From: Chthoniobacteraceae bacterium
GTDB taxonomy: Bacteria; Verrucomicrobiota; Verrucomicrobiia; Chthoniobacterales; Chthoniobacteraceae
Length of the DNA stretch: 64,000 nucleotides
Reading direction: 5' to 3'
Assembly (NCBI GenBank): GCA_031409655.1
Contig: JANNXQ010000012.1
Location: 32,001 to 96,000, forward strand
The first letter of the stretch is position 1. Each line of letters begins with the position of its first letter. The position numbers and the translations under genes were made by a program. Below are positions 32,463 through 41,681 of the stretch, piece by piece. The notes under the pieces are model-generated. The model did no database searches, was not told where the DNA came from, and saw only the letters and a list, made by a program, of their open reading frames with translations.

Positions 32463-33743
32463 ATGCACCTTCCGACCCTCCGCGTGTTCACGGCGATCCT
32501 CGCCATCTCCCTCTTTCAGGTCCTCGCAGCCCAGGCGGATGTCGTGACGGATTGGAATACCATCGCCCTCCAGGCGATCAAAACGGACAAGACGCCGCCG
32601 CCAAAAGCTTCGCGCGCCCTCGCGATTCTCCACGTCGCGATCTATGACGCCATCGGCGCCACCACCAAGACGCATGACCCCTATCTCGTTAGTTGGCGGG
32701 CGCCGCGAGTCGTCTCCGTGGATGCGGCCGTGGCCGCCGCTGCGCGCGCCGTGCTCGTGCAGCTCTATCCCGCCCAAGCGCCCACCTTCGACACCGCCTA
32801 TGCAAATGCCATCGCGACCCTGCCGAAGAGCACCGGTCGCCAGGCCGGAATCGCGTGGGGCGAATACGTCGCCAAGCGAGTGCTCGCGCATCGCGCGAAT
32901 GATGGGGCCAGTGCCGTCGTTACTTACACGCCTGGCACTGCGCCTGGTGATTGGCAGCCCACGCCACCGGCACTCGCCGCCGCGCTCCTCCCCCAGTGGC
33001 CAAAGGTCCGCCCGTTCGTGATGAACAGCGGTCACCATTTTCGCCCGCCCCCACCGCCGCAGTTAGCCACCGCGCTCTACGCCTTTGACTTTAATCTCGT
33101 GAAAGATCTCGGCTCGAAAACCAGCACCACGCGCACTGCGGAGCAGTCCGCGATCGCGACTTTCTGGGCAGATGGTGGCGGGACGGTGACGCCTCCCGGG
33201 CACTGGAATGTGATCGCCCGCGATGTGGCGAATGTCCGCGGAAACACGGTCGCGCAAAATGCCCGCCTTTTCGCGCTCCTCAATGTCGCTCTCGCCGATG
33301 CCGCGATCTGCTCGTGGGATTGTAAATACTCGGACAATCTCTGGCGCCCGATCACCGCCATCCGCGCCGCCGACACCGATGGCAACAGCGCCACCAGCGC
33401 GGATCCCACCTGGACGCCGTTCCTCGTGACCCCGCCCTTTCCGGAGTACATCTCCGGTCACAGCACCTTCAGCGGCGCCGCCGCCACGGTTCTCGCGAGC
33501 TTCTTCGGGGCGGACGATATCCCCTTCACGACCACCTCCGAAGATTTGCCCGGCGTGACGCGTTCCTTTAACTCCTTCTGGGAAGCCGCTGCGGAAGCCG
33601 GCCTCAGCCGGGTCTTCGGAGGCATCCATTTCATGTCCGGCAATCAGCAGGGTCTCCAGTCCGGCGCGCGGCTCGGTGCCTTTGTCACGGAAAATGTCTT
33701 TGGTGAATGCGTGGGTCGCCCGCCCCGGACGGCTAAGCAGTAA
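32463..33743 (+). CDS. Secreted vanadium-dependent haloperoxidase / PAP2-family phosphatase
   Basis: Signal peptide; KYxxxxWRP, TPPFPEYISGHS, SRVFGGIHF. Confidence 0.85.
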   Translation: MHLPTLRVFTAILAISLFQVLAAQADVVTDWNTIALQAIKTDKTPPPKASRALAILHVAIYDAIGATTKTHDPYLVSWRAPRVVSVDAAVAAAARAVLVQLYPAQAPTFDTAYANAIATLPKSTGRQAGIAWGEYVAKRVLAHRANDGASAVVTYTPGTAPGDWQPTPPALAAALLPQWPKVRPFVMNSGHHFRPPPPPQLATALYAFDFNLVKDLGSKTSTTRTAEQSAIATFWADGGGTVTPPGHWNVIARDVANVRGNTVAQNARLFALLNVALADAAICSWDCKYSDNLWRPITAIRAADTDGNSATSADPTWTPFLVTPPFPEYISGHSTFSGAAATVLASFFGADDIPFTTTSEDLPGVTRSFNSFWEAAAEAGLSRVFGGIHFMSGNQQGLQSGARLGAFVTENVFGECVGRPPRTAKQ

Positions 33744-33801
33744 CCGCGGGCGCGGAGGTAGTCTGCGCAGCGAGGGCCGGTAGGCAGAAGTTGCCGGGCG
33801 G

Positions 33802-33817
33802 TGGCACCACCCTTGCT
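33802..33817 (+). promoter_or_regulatory. Sigma54 -24/-12 promoter of the glycosylation island
   Basis: TGGCACCACCCTTGCT: GG(33803-04)-N10-GC(33815-16), 14 nt before GTG 33831. Confidence 0.75.
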
Positions 33818-33830
33818 CTGCTAGGCGGGA

Positions 33831-36011
33831 GTGCGCCACCACTCCCCAACCTCCGACATTGCCGAAGGACTCCGCCATCATCAGGCAGGGCGTCTGGAAG
33901 AGGCGGCAAAAAATTACCGGCAAATCCTGACGGAAGACCCCGAGCAGCCGGATGCGCTGCACCTTCTCGGAGTGGTCGCGGGGAGCATCGGTCAGCTCGA
34001 TGAGGCCGTCGAACTCATCTCGCAGTCGCTGCGTGTGAACCCCAACAATGCCTCCGCGATTAACAATCTCGCAGGGGTGCTGAAGGATCAGGCGCGATAT
34101 CCCGAAGCCATCGAATTTTACGAAGCCGCCATCGCGGCGGCGCCGAACGAAAGCTACATCCACAGCAATCTCGGCAACGCCCTGCGTGACGCCGGACGAC
34201 TCGAAGAAGCAGGAACGTGCCATCGGCGCGCCCTCGAACTAAGTCCCGATTCGTACGCGGCGCTTAGCAATCTAGGCTCCGTGCTCGACGCCCAGGGTCG
34301 GCTCGCTGAGGCGGTGGAGTGCTTTCGTCGCGCCTTGCAGCTCAACCCCGACAGCCACGAGACGCACGTCAATCTTGGCGTGACTTTGAAACGGGAAGGT
34401 CGGCTCTCGGAGGCGGAGGAGTGCCTGCGCCGCGCGCTCGATCTTCAGCCGCGCTCCGATGCCGCGCTGGCAAATCTCGGTTCCCTAATGCTCCAGCAGG
34501 GGCGCGTGGAGGAAGCCTTCGTCACGCTGGAACTCGCCCTCAGCGTCAATCCGCGGTCGGCCGTCGCGCTGATCAACATGGGCAATGTCCTCAAGGACCT
34601 GGGCCGATTCGCGGCGGCGCTGGAGTGCCTGCAAGCGGCCGTCCAGCTCGCCCCGAGATCCCATCTCGCGCACAATAATCTCGGCACCGTTCTCAATGAA
34701 CTCGGTCGCGCTGCCGAAGCCGCGGAATGCTTCCGCCGCGCTCTCGAGCTTCAACCCGACTACCACTGGGCGCACAGCAACCTGCTTTTCACGCTGCAAT
34801 ATCTGCCGGGGATCGATCGCGCGGAACTCTTCGCTGACCACCGTCGCTACGACGAAAAATATGCGCGCCATTTTACCGAGCGCGCTGCGTCGCACCCGAA
34901 TGCGCGCGATCCGAATCGCCGCCTGCGCATTGGTTACGTCTCCGGTGATTTCCGCGAACACTCCGTCGCCTTCTTCATCGAGCCCGTCCTCGCCAGTCAT
35001 GATCGCGATCAGTTCGAGGTCTTCTGCTACGCGAACCAGGTCGGCAATGACGCGATGACCGCCCGCTTGCGGGCGCTGGTCCCGCATTGGCGCGAGGTTG
35101 CGTCGCTCAGTGACGACGCCCTCGCGGCCCGCATCCGCCGCGACGAGATCGACATCCTCGTCGATCTCTCCGGCCACACCGCGCGCCATCGCCTGCTCAC
35201 CTTTGCCCGCAAACCCGCGCCCATCCAGGTGACGATGATCGGCTACATGCACAACACGGGGCTGAGCGCGATGGACTATCGCATCACCGACGTGACTCTC
35301 GACCCGCCCGGCACGAGCGAGACCTTGAATTCCGAAGAACTCATCCGCCTCCCGGCAGGCGCTGCGACTTTCCGCCCGCCGGCCGAATGCCCTCCGGTCA
35401 ACGACCTCCCGGCACTGACGAGTGGTTACGTGACTTTTGGGTCGTTTAACAATCTCGCGAAGGTCACGCCCGAAGTGATCGCGACGTGGGCGCAAATCCT
35501 GACGGCGGTGCCAGGCTCGCGCCTTCTGGTCGTCGGTCGTGGCGGCAATGCTGTGAAGCCAGAGATGGAAGCGCACGGCATCGCCGCGGAGCGCGTTGAA
35601 GCGATCGATCGTCAGCCACTGCGGAAATTCCTCGAATTGCATCACCGCGTCGATCTTACCCTCGACACGTTTCCCTACAACGGCGGCACCACTGGCTTGA
35701 TCGCGATCTGGATGGGAGCGCCTTTTGTTACCCTCGACAGTGGCCACACCACGGGACAAGCGGGCGGCGGGCTGCTCCGCCCCATCGGGCTCGCTCAACT
35801 CATCGCTGCTGACCCTGCAGATTATGCGGCGAAGGCCGTGGAGGCCGTGTCCGATCTCCCTCGTCTCGGGGAGTGGCGGTGTTCCTTGCGCGGTCGCATC
35901 GCACCATTGCTCGGTGGTGGCGAGGCTTACACCGGTCAGCTCGAAGCCGCCTACCGCGACAAGTGGCGGACGTGGTGCGCCCGGGAGGTGCCCGTGAACA
36001 ACTACTCATGA
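33831..36011 (+). CDS. TPR-repeat GT41 (OGT/SPINDLY-like) protein glycosyltransferase
   Basis: About nine TPRs, then LRIGYVSGDFREHSV, IDILVDLSGHT, KPAPIQV, FGSFNNLAK, LDTFPYNGGTT. Confidence 0.92.
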   Translation: MRHHSPTSDIAEGLRHHQAGRLEEAAKNYRQILTEDPEQPDALHLLGVVAGSIGQLDEAVELISQSLRVNPNNASAINNLAGVLKDQARYPEAIEFYEAAIAAAPNESYIHSNLGNALRDAGRLEEAGTCHRRALELSPDSYAALSNLGSVLDAQGRLAEAVECFRRALQLNPDSHETHVNLGVTLKREGRLSEAEECLRRALDLQPRSDAALANLGSLMLQQGRVEEAFVTLELALSVNPRSAVALINMGNVLKDLGRFAAALECLQAAVQLAPRSHLAHNNLGTVLNELGRAAEAAECFRRALELQPDYHWAHSNLLFTLQYLPGIDRAELFADHRRYDEKYARHFTERAASHPNARDPNRRLRIGYVSGDFREHSVAFFIEPVLASHDRDQFEVFCYANQVGNDAMTARLRALVPHWREVASLSDDALAARIRRDEIDILVDLSGHTARHRLLTFARKPAPIQVTMIGYMHNTGLSAMDYRITDVTLDPPGTSETLNSEELIRLPAGAATFRPPAECPPVNDLPALTSGYVTFGSFNNLAKVTPEVIATWAQILTAVPGSRLLVVGRGGNAVKPEMEAHGIAAERVEAIDRQPLRKFLELHHRVDLTLDTFPYNGGTTGLIAIWMGAPFVTLDSGHTTGQAGGGLLRPIGLAQLIAADPADYAAKAVEAVSDLPRLGEWRCSLRGRIAPLLGGGEAYTGQLEAAYRDKWRTWCAREVPVNNYS

Positions 36012-37174
36012 AACGCATCGAACGTCTCAAGGCCCGCCTCGTCGCCGCCGCCGATCAAGCCCGCCGCAATCCCTCCTTTGGCCTGCCCTCCTGGGCTGAT
36101 GAGAGCGTGCTCGCATCGCTCTGCAGCCGTCCCATCGTCTGCTGCGGCACCGGGTTTTGGGCGCAGGAGTTTTTGCGGAATGCGCGCGATCTCGACGTGA
36201 TCGCGCTGGTCGATGATTGCCACGGCGGGAAGCAGATCCTCGGGCTGCCATGCCTCGACACCGCCGGCTTCCTGAAACTCCTGGCGAAGCGCCCTGACGT
36301 CGTCTGTATCAACACCGGCCAAAGCGACGCCGGCTACAGCCACTTTGAGCGCCTCGGTCTCGAGCACGGACTGAAGATGCTCGATTGTCTGCAAGCGGTG
36401 CGCGCGTTTCGTTTCACGCCCGACATTCGTGTGGCCGACTGGCTCAACCCGATTGTCACCCGCATAGACGAATTTCTCGCCGTCGGCGAACGCCTTGCCG
36501 ACCCACTCTCCGTCGAGACGCTCTACTCGGTGTTGCTCTATCACCTCGAGACCGACCGCGAGCACCTGCTCTCGGTCAATCGTCCTGGCGAGGCGACTTA
36601 CTTTCGTTCAGGTCTCTTCACCATTCGCGACCGCGAGTCCTATGTCGATTGCGGTGCGTTCGACGGCGATAGCGTGCAGCAATTTATTCGAGTTGCGAAG
36701 GGGAAGTTTCATCGCATCCACGCCTTCGAACCCGACCCTCAGAATTTCGCCGGGCTTTCCTCATGGCTCGCTTCGGAGCCGCGTTACACCGACCGCGTCT
36801 CGGTGCATCAAAAGGCTGTGGGCAGTTCCAACGGATCGATCCAACTGAGTTCGACCGGGGATGCCGGCGCCTGTGTGCCGCTCTCCTCGAACGGTGCTGC
36901 GACCTGCACCGTGGATCTTGTAACTTTGGACGGGGCGGTCGATGGCCCGATCTCCCTTTTGAAACTCGACGTCGAAGGACACGAAATCGAAATCCTGCGC
37001 GGCGCTGTCGGACACCTCGAACACAACGGGCCTCGCCTCGCCATCTGCGCCTATCATCTGCCTGGAGATCTGATCGATCTGCCCGCCTTCATCGAGCAAC
37101 TCGACATCGGCTATCGCATCGGTATTCGCCACCATAGCGCCACGCGCTACGACACCGTGCTCTACGCATTTTGA
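36008..37174 (+). CDS. FkbM-family methyltransferase
   Basis: YVDCGAFDGDS, FEPDPQN, LKLDVEGHE, LAICAYH; ATGA overlap with GT41. Confidence 0.9.
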   Translation: MKRIERLKARLVAAADQARRNPSFGLPSWADESVLASLCSRPIVCCGTGFWAQEFLRNARDLDVIALVDDCHGGKQILGLPCLDTAGFLKLLAKRPDVVCINTGQSDAGYSHFERLGLEHGLKMLDCLQAVRAFRFTPDIRVADWLNPIVTRIDEFLAVGERLADPLSVETLYSVLLYHLETDREHLLSVNRPGEATYFRSGLFTIRDRESYVDCGAFDGDSVQQFIRVAKGKFHRIHAFEPDPQNFAGLSSWLASEPRYTDRVSVHQKAVGSSNGSIQLSSTGDAGACVPLSSNGAATCTVDLVTLDGAVDGPISLLKLDVEGHEIEILRGAVGHLEHNGPRLAICAYHLPGDLIDLPAFIEQLDIGYRIGIRHHSATRYDTVLYAF

Positions 37175-37178
37175 GTCG

Positions 37179-38375
37179 ATGACGCCGCTCATTCCACCTG
37201 CTGGCTACTTTGATGCTGCGACGTTTGCCGCGGAACGCGAGCGTGTGTTTTTGCGGAATTGGCTCTTCGCTGGCACCACCGCGCAATTGCTGAATCATGA
37301 AGACTACCGGCGCATTGAGATCTGCGGCGTGTCCGTGATCCTGCAAAATTTCCACGGCGAGATAAAGGCGTTCAACAACGTCTGCACGCACCGCTTCGCC
37401 CGGATCCACGCGGAGCCCGCTGGCAACCGGCCCCTCAAGTGCCGGTATCACGGCTGGATCTACAATGGCGAAGGACTGCCCTACGCGATCCCACGCAAAC
37501 CGTTCATCTCCGAGATCACGCCCGCGACACTGTGCGACTACCGGCTAAGTCGCTGGCACGTCCGAACCGTCGGCCCGCTCATCTTCATCAAGAAGGAGGA
37601 TGCTGGCGAGGCGCTGGCCGACGACGACTTCGACGCGCAACTCGACGAATATGCCGCGCCCTTGGCGCAACTCGCCGCAGCTTGCGGAGAACTCGTCGAG
37701 CAGACGGATTACGAAGTGAAGGCAAACTGGAAGCTCGTCGTGGAAAACACGCTCGAGGGCTACCACGTCGATTGCGTTCATCCAAATACGATCCGCAAGC
37801 TCGGGATGAGTGGCCTGACAAAAGTAACGAACGACGAGGCGCCCAGTTCCGCGCCTGCTCTGGGCAGTCGCTTCGACTTCGCCGGACAAAACTCCGCCGT
37901 CTTCTCGCCGCTAAATCCCGAGGTCTCGGCTCGCATGGATCGAACTTACAAATTTCTCGCAGGCCGTCCGCAGCAGCTCGACGGCTACCGCCACTACTAC
38001 TTCTTCCCGAATTTTGTCATCGCCTCCACACGGGGCGAGTCCTTCAGCATCCAGCGCGTCCTGCCGATCGACGAGCAGACGACGCAACTCTCCAGCTTCC
38101 TTTTTGCCACGAATGGTCTCGGCGATCTCACGAAGATGGAAGCGGCACTGCGGAAGCAGTTCTACCAATCCGCCGCGGAGTTTGTGCAGGCCATTTTCGT
38201 CGAGGATGGCGCCATCTGTGAAGAGGTGCAGCGTGGCGTCGCCTTTGCGCACACGGCCGGGGTGCTCAGCGACGAAGAGGAACGTATCTGCGCCTTTCAC
38301 ACCGCCTACCGCCACGCCCTCAATCCGCGCTGGAGCACAGCCGTCCCGGCGGTGCTCCGTGGCGCGACCCGATAA
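37179..38375 (+). CDS. Rieske non-heme iron oxygenase alpha subunit
   Basis: CTH-x16-CRYHGW Rieske motif; NWKLVVENTLEGYHVDCVH; EDGAICEEVQRG. Confidence 0.9.
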   Translation: MTPLIPPAGYFDAATFAAERERVFLRNWLFAGTTAQLLNHEDYRRIEICGVSVILQNFHGEIKAFNNVCTHRFARIHAEPAGNRPLKCRYHGWIYNGEGLPYAIPRKPFISEITPATLCDYRLSRWHVRTVGPLIFIKKEDAGEALADDDFDAQLDEYAAPLAQLAAACGELVEQTDYEVKANWKLVVENTLEGYHVDCVHPNTIRKLGMSGLTKVTNDEAPSSAPALGSRFDFAGQNSAVFSPLNPEVSARMDRTYKFLAGRPQQLDGYRHYYFFPNFVIASTRGESFSIQRVLPIDEQTTQLSSFLFATNGLGDLTKMEAALRKQFYQSAAEFVQAIFVEDGAICEEVQRGVAFAHTAGVLSDEEERICAFHTAYRHALNPRWSTAVPAVLRGATR

Positions 38376-38396
38376 CTCACACCAAACATACAACCC

Positions 38397-38642
38397 ATGG
38401 AAATCCACCAATTCGTCCGCCACTTCGAAAACGCCATTGAAGGCATCGAGCCCGATTCACTGACGCCCGACACTAAGTACCATCTGCTCGCGCAGTGGGA
38501 TTCGCTCGGGCTCCTTTGCCTCCTCGCCATGATCGACTGCGAATACAATGCGCAGGTTCCCGGCATGGAGCTGAAGAGTTGCGACACCCTGCGCGACCTC
38601 TTCGATCTCGTCTGCTCAAAGCTCCACGTCCAGGCCGCCTGA
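38397..38642 (+). CDS. Acyl carrier protein
   Basis: 81 aa, acidic, WDSLG phosphopantetheine motif. Confidence 0.85.
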   Translation: MEIHQFVRHFENAIEGIEPDSLTPDTKYHLLAQWDSLGLLCLLAMIDCEYNAQVPGMELKSCDTLRDLFDLVCSKLHVQAA

Positions 38643-38643
38643 T

Positions 38644-39696
38644 ATGGCCCTCGCCGTCTTGCGCCGCGTGCGGATCGCCGGAGTCGCGTCCGCCGTCCCA
38701 AAGGAAGTGGTGTCCAATTCGGACTACACCGTCCTTTCTGAGGAGCAGCGCGAGAAGATCATCAAGTACACCGGCATCCGCTACCGCCGCTGGGCGCCGA
38801 AGGAGCTCTGCTGCTCCGATCTTTGCCAGGCCTCCGCTGAGAAGTTGATCGCGGAGCTTTCCTGGAATCGTGAAAGCATCGGCGCGGTCGTCTTTGTCTC
38901 GCAGACGCCGGACTATCCATTCCCCGCCACTGCACAGCTTCTCCAGCATCGACTCGGCCTTTCAAAGTCGTGCCTCGCCTTTGACGTGAATCTCGGTTGC
39001 TCCGGCTACACCTACGGCCTCCACATCCTCGGCAGTTTGCTCGAAGCCTCCGGCATGAAGCGCGGACTGCTGCTCGCGGGCGATGTCTCGAAAATGCACG
39101 GCGATAGCGATCCGGCGAGTGCGGTGCTCTTTGGCCACGCGGCCACGGCCACCGCGATGGAGTTCTCTCCCGGGACCAAGCCGCTCTACTTCGACATCGG
39201 CAGCGATGGCGGCGGACACAAAGTCATCTACGTGCCCGCCGGTGGCTGCCGGAATCCGGTCGGTGCGCAATCCTTCCAGAAAGCCTCGCTCGAAAGTGGC
39301 GGTGCGCGCGGCGAGACCGACGTCGTCCTCGACGCCGCGGAGATCATCAATTTCACCATGCGCGAAGTGAGCGTCTCCATTAAGCGGCTGTTGGAATTCG
39401 CGGGACGCACCGTGCCCGACATCGACGCCTACGTCTTTCATCAGGCGAATCAATTCATCAACAGCCAAGTCGCGCGGAAGATCGGCATCAAGGCCGATAA
39501 GGCACCCACGACGCTCTACGATTTTGGGAACACCAGCTCGGCGACCATCCCGCTCACCATCACCGCGAAGCTCCGCGAGCGCATCGCCGCCGGGCCGCAG
39601 AAAGTCGTGATGTCCGGTTTCGGCGTAGGGCTTTCGTGGGCCTCGACTTACTGGGAGGCGGAGGACGTGGCGTGTCCGGAACTCGTCGAAGTATGA
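38644..39696 (+). CDS. 3-oxoacyl-ACP synthase III (FabH-like), intact Cys-His-Asn triad
   Basis: DVNLGCSGY, FHQAN, FGNTSSATIP, GFGVGLSW. Confidence 0.92.
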   Translation: MALAVLRRVRIAGVASAVPKEVVSNSDYTVLSEEQREKIIKYTGIRYRRWAPKELCCSDLCQASAEKLIAELSWNRESIGAVVFVSQTPDYPFPATAQLLQHRLGLSKSCLAFDVNLGCSGYTYGLHILGSLLEASGMKRGLLLAGDVSKMHGDSDPASAVLFGHAATATAMEFSPGTKPLYFDIGSDGGGHKVIYVPAGGCRNPVGAQSFQKASLESGGARGETDVVLDAAEIINFTMREVSVSIKRLLEFAGRTVPDIDAYVFHQANQFINSQVARKIGIKADKAPTTLYDFGNTSSATIPLTITAKLRERIAAGPQKVVMSGFGVGLSWASTYWEAEDVACPELVEV

Positions 39697-40433
39697 CGCA
39701 TCCCTTTTCTCTCTCTGGCAAGACGGTGCTCATCACTGGCGCGACCGCGGGCCTCGGTCGGCAGACCGCGATCACTGCGGCGCAGATGGGTGCGCGGGTC
39801 CTCGTCACGGGGCGAAACGAAGAGCGTCTCGCCGCGACCCACAGGCAACTCGAAGGCTGTGGGCACCTGGCGATCGCCGCAAATCTCGTCGAGGAGAAGG
39901 AACGCGAAGCCCTTGTTAGTCAGCTTCCAGCGCTCGATGGCATCGTCCACTGCGCGGGGGTCACGTTGCTGCATCCGTTTAAGTTCAGCGACGAAAAGCG
40001 CTACCGCGAAGTGTACGCGATCAATGTCGAAGCGCCGCTTTTCCTCACTCAACGCCTCTTCAAAAGTAAGCGGCTCACCAATGGCGGGTCGATCGTCTTT
40101 ATCGCTTCGCTGGGGGCCTTCATCGGTGCGCGGGGGCACTCGATCTATGCGGGATCAAAGGCGGCCATCATCGGTATCATGAGGGTGCTGGCGCACGAAC
40201 TCGCCGGTAATGGCATCCGGGTGAATTGTCTCTCGCCCGGAATGGTAAAGACCGAGGTGGTCGATGGCTTTTCCCAGCAAGTCTCCGCCGAAGTCGTCGC
40301 TGCCGATGAAGCCCGCTACCCGCTCGGCTACGGCACGCCGGAGGATGTCGCCAATACCGCGGTCTTCTATCTCGCCCCCGCGAGCAAATGGATCACCGGC
40401 ACCAACCTCATCATGGATGGAGGCCTTACTTAA
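39693..40433 (+). CDS. SDR oxidoreductase (FabG-like)
   Basis: TGATAGLG, YAGSK (YxxxK), IRVNCLSPG, ITG..LIMDGG. Confidence 0.92.
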   Translation: MTHPFSLSGKTVLITGATAGLGRQTAITAAQMGARVLVTGRNEERLAATHRQLEGCGHLAIAANLVEEKEREALVSQLPALDGIVHCAGVTLLHPFKFSDEKRYREVYAINVEAPLFLTQRLFKSKRLTNGGSIVFIASLGAFIGARGHSIYAGSKAAIIGIMRVLAHELAGNGIRVNCLSPGMVKTEVVDGFSQQVSAEVVAADEARYPLGYGTPEDVANTAVFYLAPASKWITGTNLIMDGGLT

Positions 40434-40435
40434 TT

Positions 40436-40633
40436 ATGCCCATGTTCTCAATCGAACCCACCAAGCTCGGACGTTACATCTCAGGGACTGCTGCGGACGC
40501 GCGCATCCCGGATCCTGATGTGGAAATTCCCCTGAAACGAACTCCGGAACGAGGTGCCAAAGCCTCGCGTCGCAGTCTCGCTAAACCGTGCTCAAGCGCC
40601 GGCGACGAGGCTTCGGGCGCTCACCAAAGCTGA
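40436..40633 (+). CDS. Small hypothetical protein (65 aa) inside the operon
   Basis: ATG 2 nt after the SDR stop and TGA 1 nt before the next ATG, tiling the gap exactly. Confidence 0.5.
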   Translation: MPMFSIEPTKLGRYISGTAADARIPDPDVEIPLKRTPERGAKASRRSLAKPCSSAGDEASGAHQS

Positions 40634-40634
40634 T

Positions 40635-41678
40635 ATGCCCACGCTCTCGATTTCGAATGTCCGCTTCGCCGGACTCGCCGTCGCGGTGCCTCCAGTCGAA
40701 GAGGTTTCCTGGTCGGAAGTTTGGGGTGCGGATCACCTCCACGTCGCGCAACAGCGCCACGAAACGCCCTTTCGACGAATGGCGAAAGTCGAGCAGTGTC
40801 AGTCCGATCTCTGTGTCGATGCTGCACGGAGTCTTCTCGCCGATCTCAAGTGGGCTGCGGCGAGCGTTGACCTCGTCGTGATGGCTACGCTCACGCCTGA
40901 CTACCCGATTCCGGCGACGGCGATTATCGTGCAGGACCGTCTCGGTATTCCCAAGAGCGCCGCCGCCTTTGATCTCCCAAGTGGCTCGCTGGGCTTCATC
41001 CATGGCTTGCAACTCGTCGCCAGCATGCTGAATCCGGGTTCGTTTAAGCGCGCGTTGCTCCTCACTGGCGAGGTCTCGAAGACGCCGGATACTTCCGATC
41101 ACTGTGCGCCCCACCGCGCGATTCATGGCCATAGCGGGAGCGTGTGCGCTCTGGAGTTTTGGGAAGGGGCAGAGCCGATCTACTTCGATGCCGGCGGTGA
41201 CGGCGCGGATTTTGATGCGCTCTATATGCCCATCGGCGGCGTGCGCAATCCGCCTCGGCCCGAGATGTTCAATGACCCCGAAAGCGTGCGCGGGGCGAGC
41301 GAGTTTGTCCTGGATGCGGCGAAGCTTGGAGCACGGGCGCACGACGAATTGCCCGCGTCGATGCTGCGTGTCCTCGACGCGGCGGGTCACACTTCCCGGG
41401 AAGTAGATGCCTGTTACCTGAGCGAACTTCCGTTGCCAGTGGAGTCCGCGATCCGCCGGGAAATGCAGTTTCCGATCGACCGCTTGCACAGTGTCATTCC
41501 GGACTTCGGGGCGAGCGGATCGGGCACCATCCCACTCGCCATGCTGGCCCGCGAGGCTGCGCGTTTGCGCGCCGGTCGGCAGACCTCGCTACTCAGCGCC
41601 ATGGGCCCTGGCCTTGCCTGGGGAAGCGTGTTGCTCGCCACCGATTCCATCTCCTGCCCGGAACTCCTCGAAGTCTGA
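40635..41678 (+). CDS. FabH-like paralogue lacking the catalytic triad
   Basis: Aligns with 38644 (TPDYPIPATA..QDRLG, PIGGVRNP, CPELLEV) but has DLPSGSLGF, YLSELP and FGASGSGTIP at the Cys, His and Asn positions. Confidence 0.85.
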   Translation: MPTLSISNVRFAGLAVAVPPVEEVSWSEVWGADHLHVAQQRHETPFRRMAKVEQCQSDLCVDAARSLLADLKWAAASVDLVVMATLTPDYPIPATAIIVQDRLGIPKSAAAFDLPSGSLGFIHGLQLVASMLNPGSFKRALLLTGEVSKTPDTSDHCAPHRAIHGHSGSVCALEFWEGAEPIYFDAGGDGADFDALYMPIGGVRNPPRPEMFNDPESVRGASEFVLDAAKLGARAHDELPASMLRVLDAAGHTSREVDACYLSELPLPVESAIRREMQFPIDRLHSVIPDFGASGSGTIPLAMLAREAARLRAGRQTSLLSAMGPGLAWGSVLLATDSISCPELLEV

Positions 41679-41681
41679 CCC

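Noticed and set aside
32463..33743. Haloperoxidase as a halogenating member of the GT41 island
   Set aside because: It has a signal peptide while the pathway is cytoplasmic, and a separate sigma54 motif lies between them
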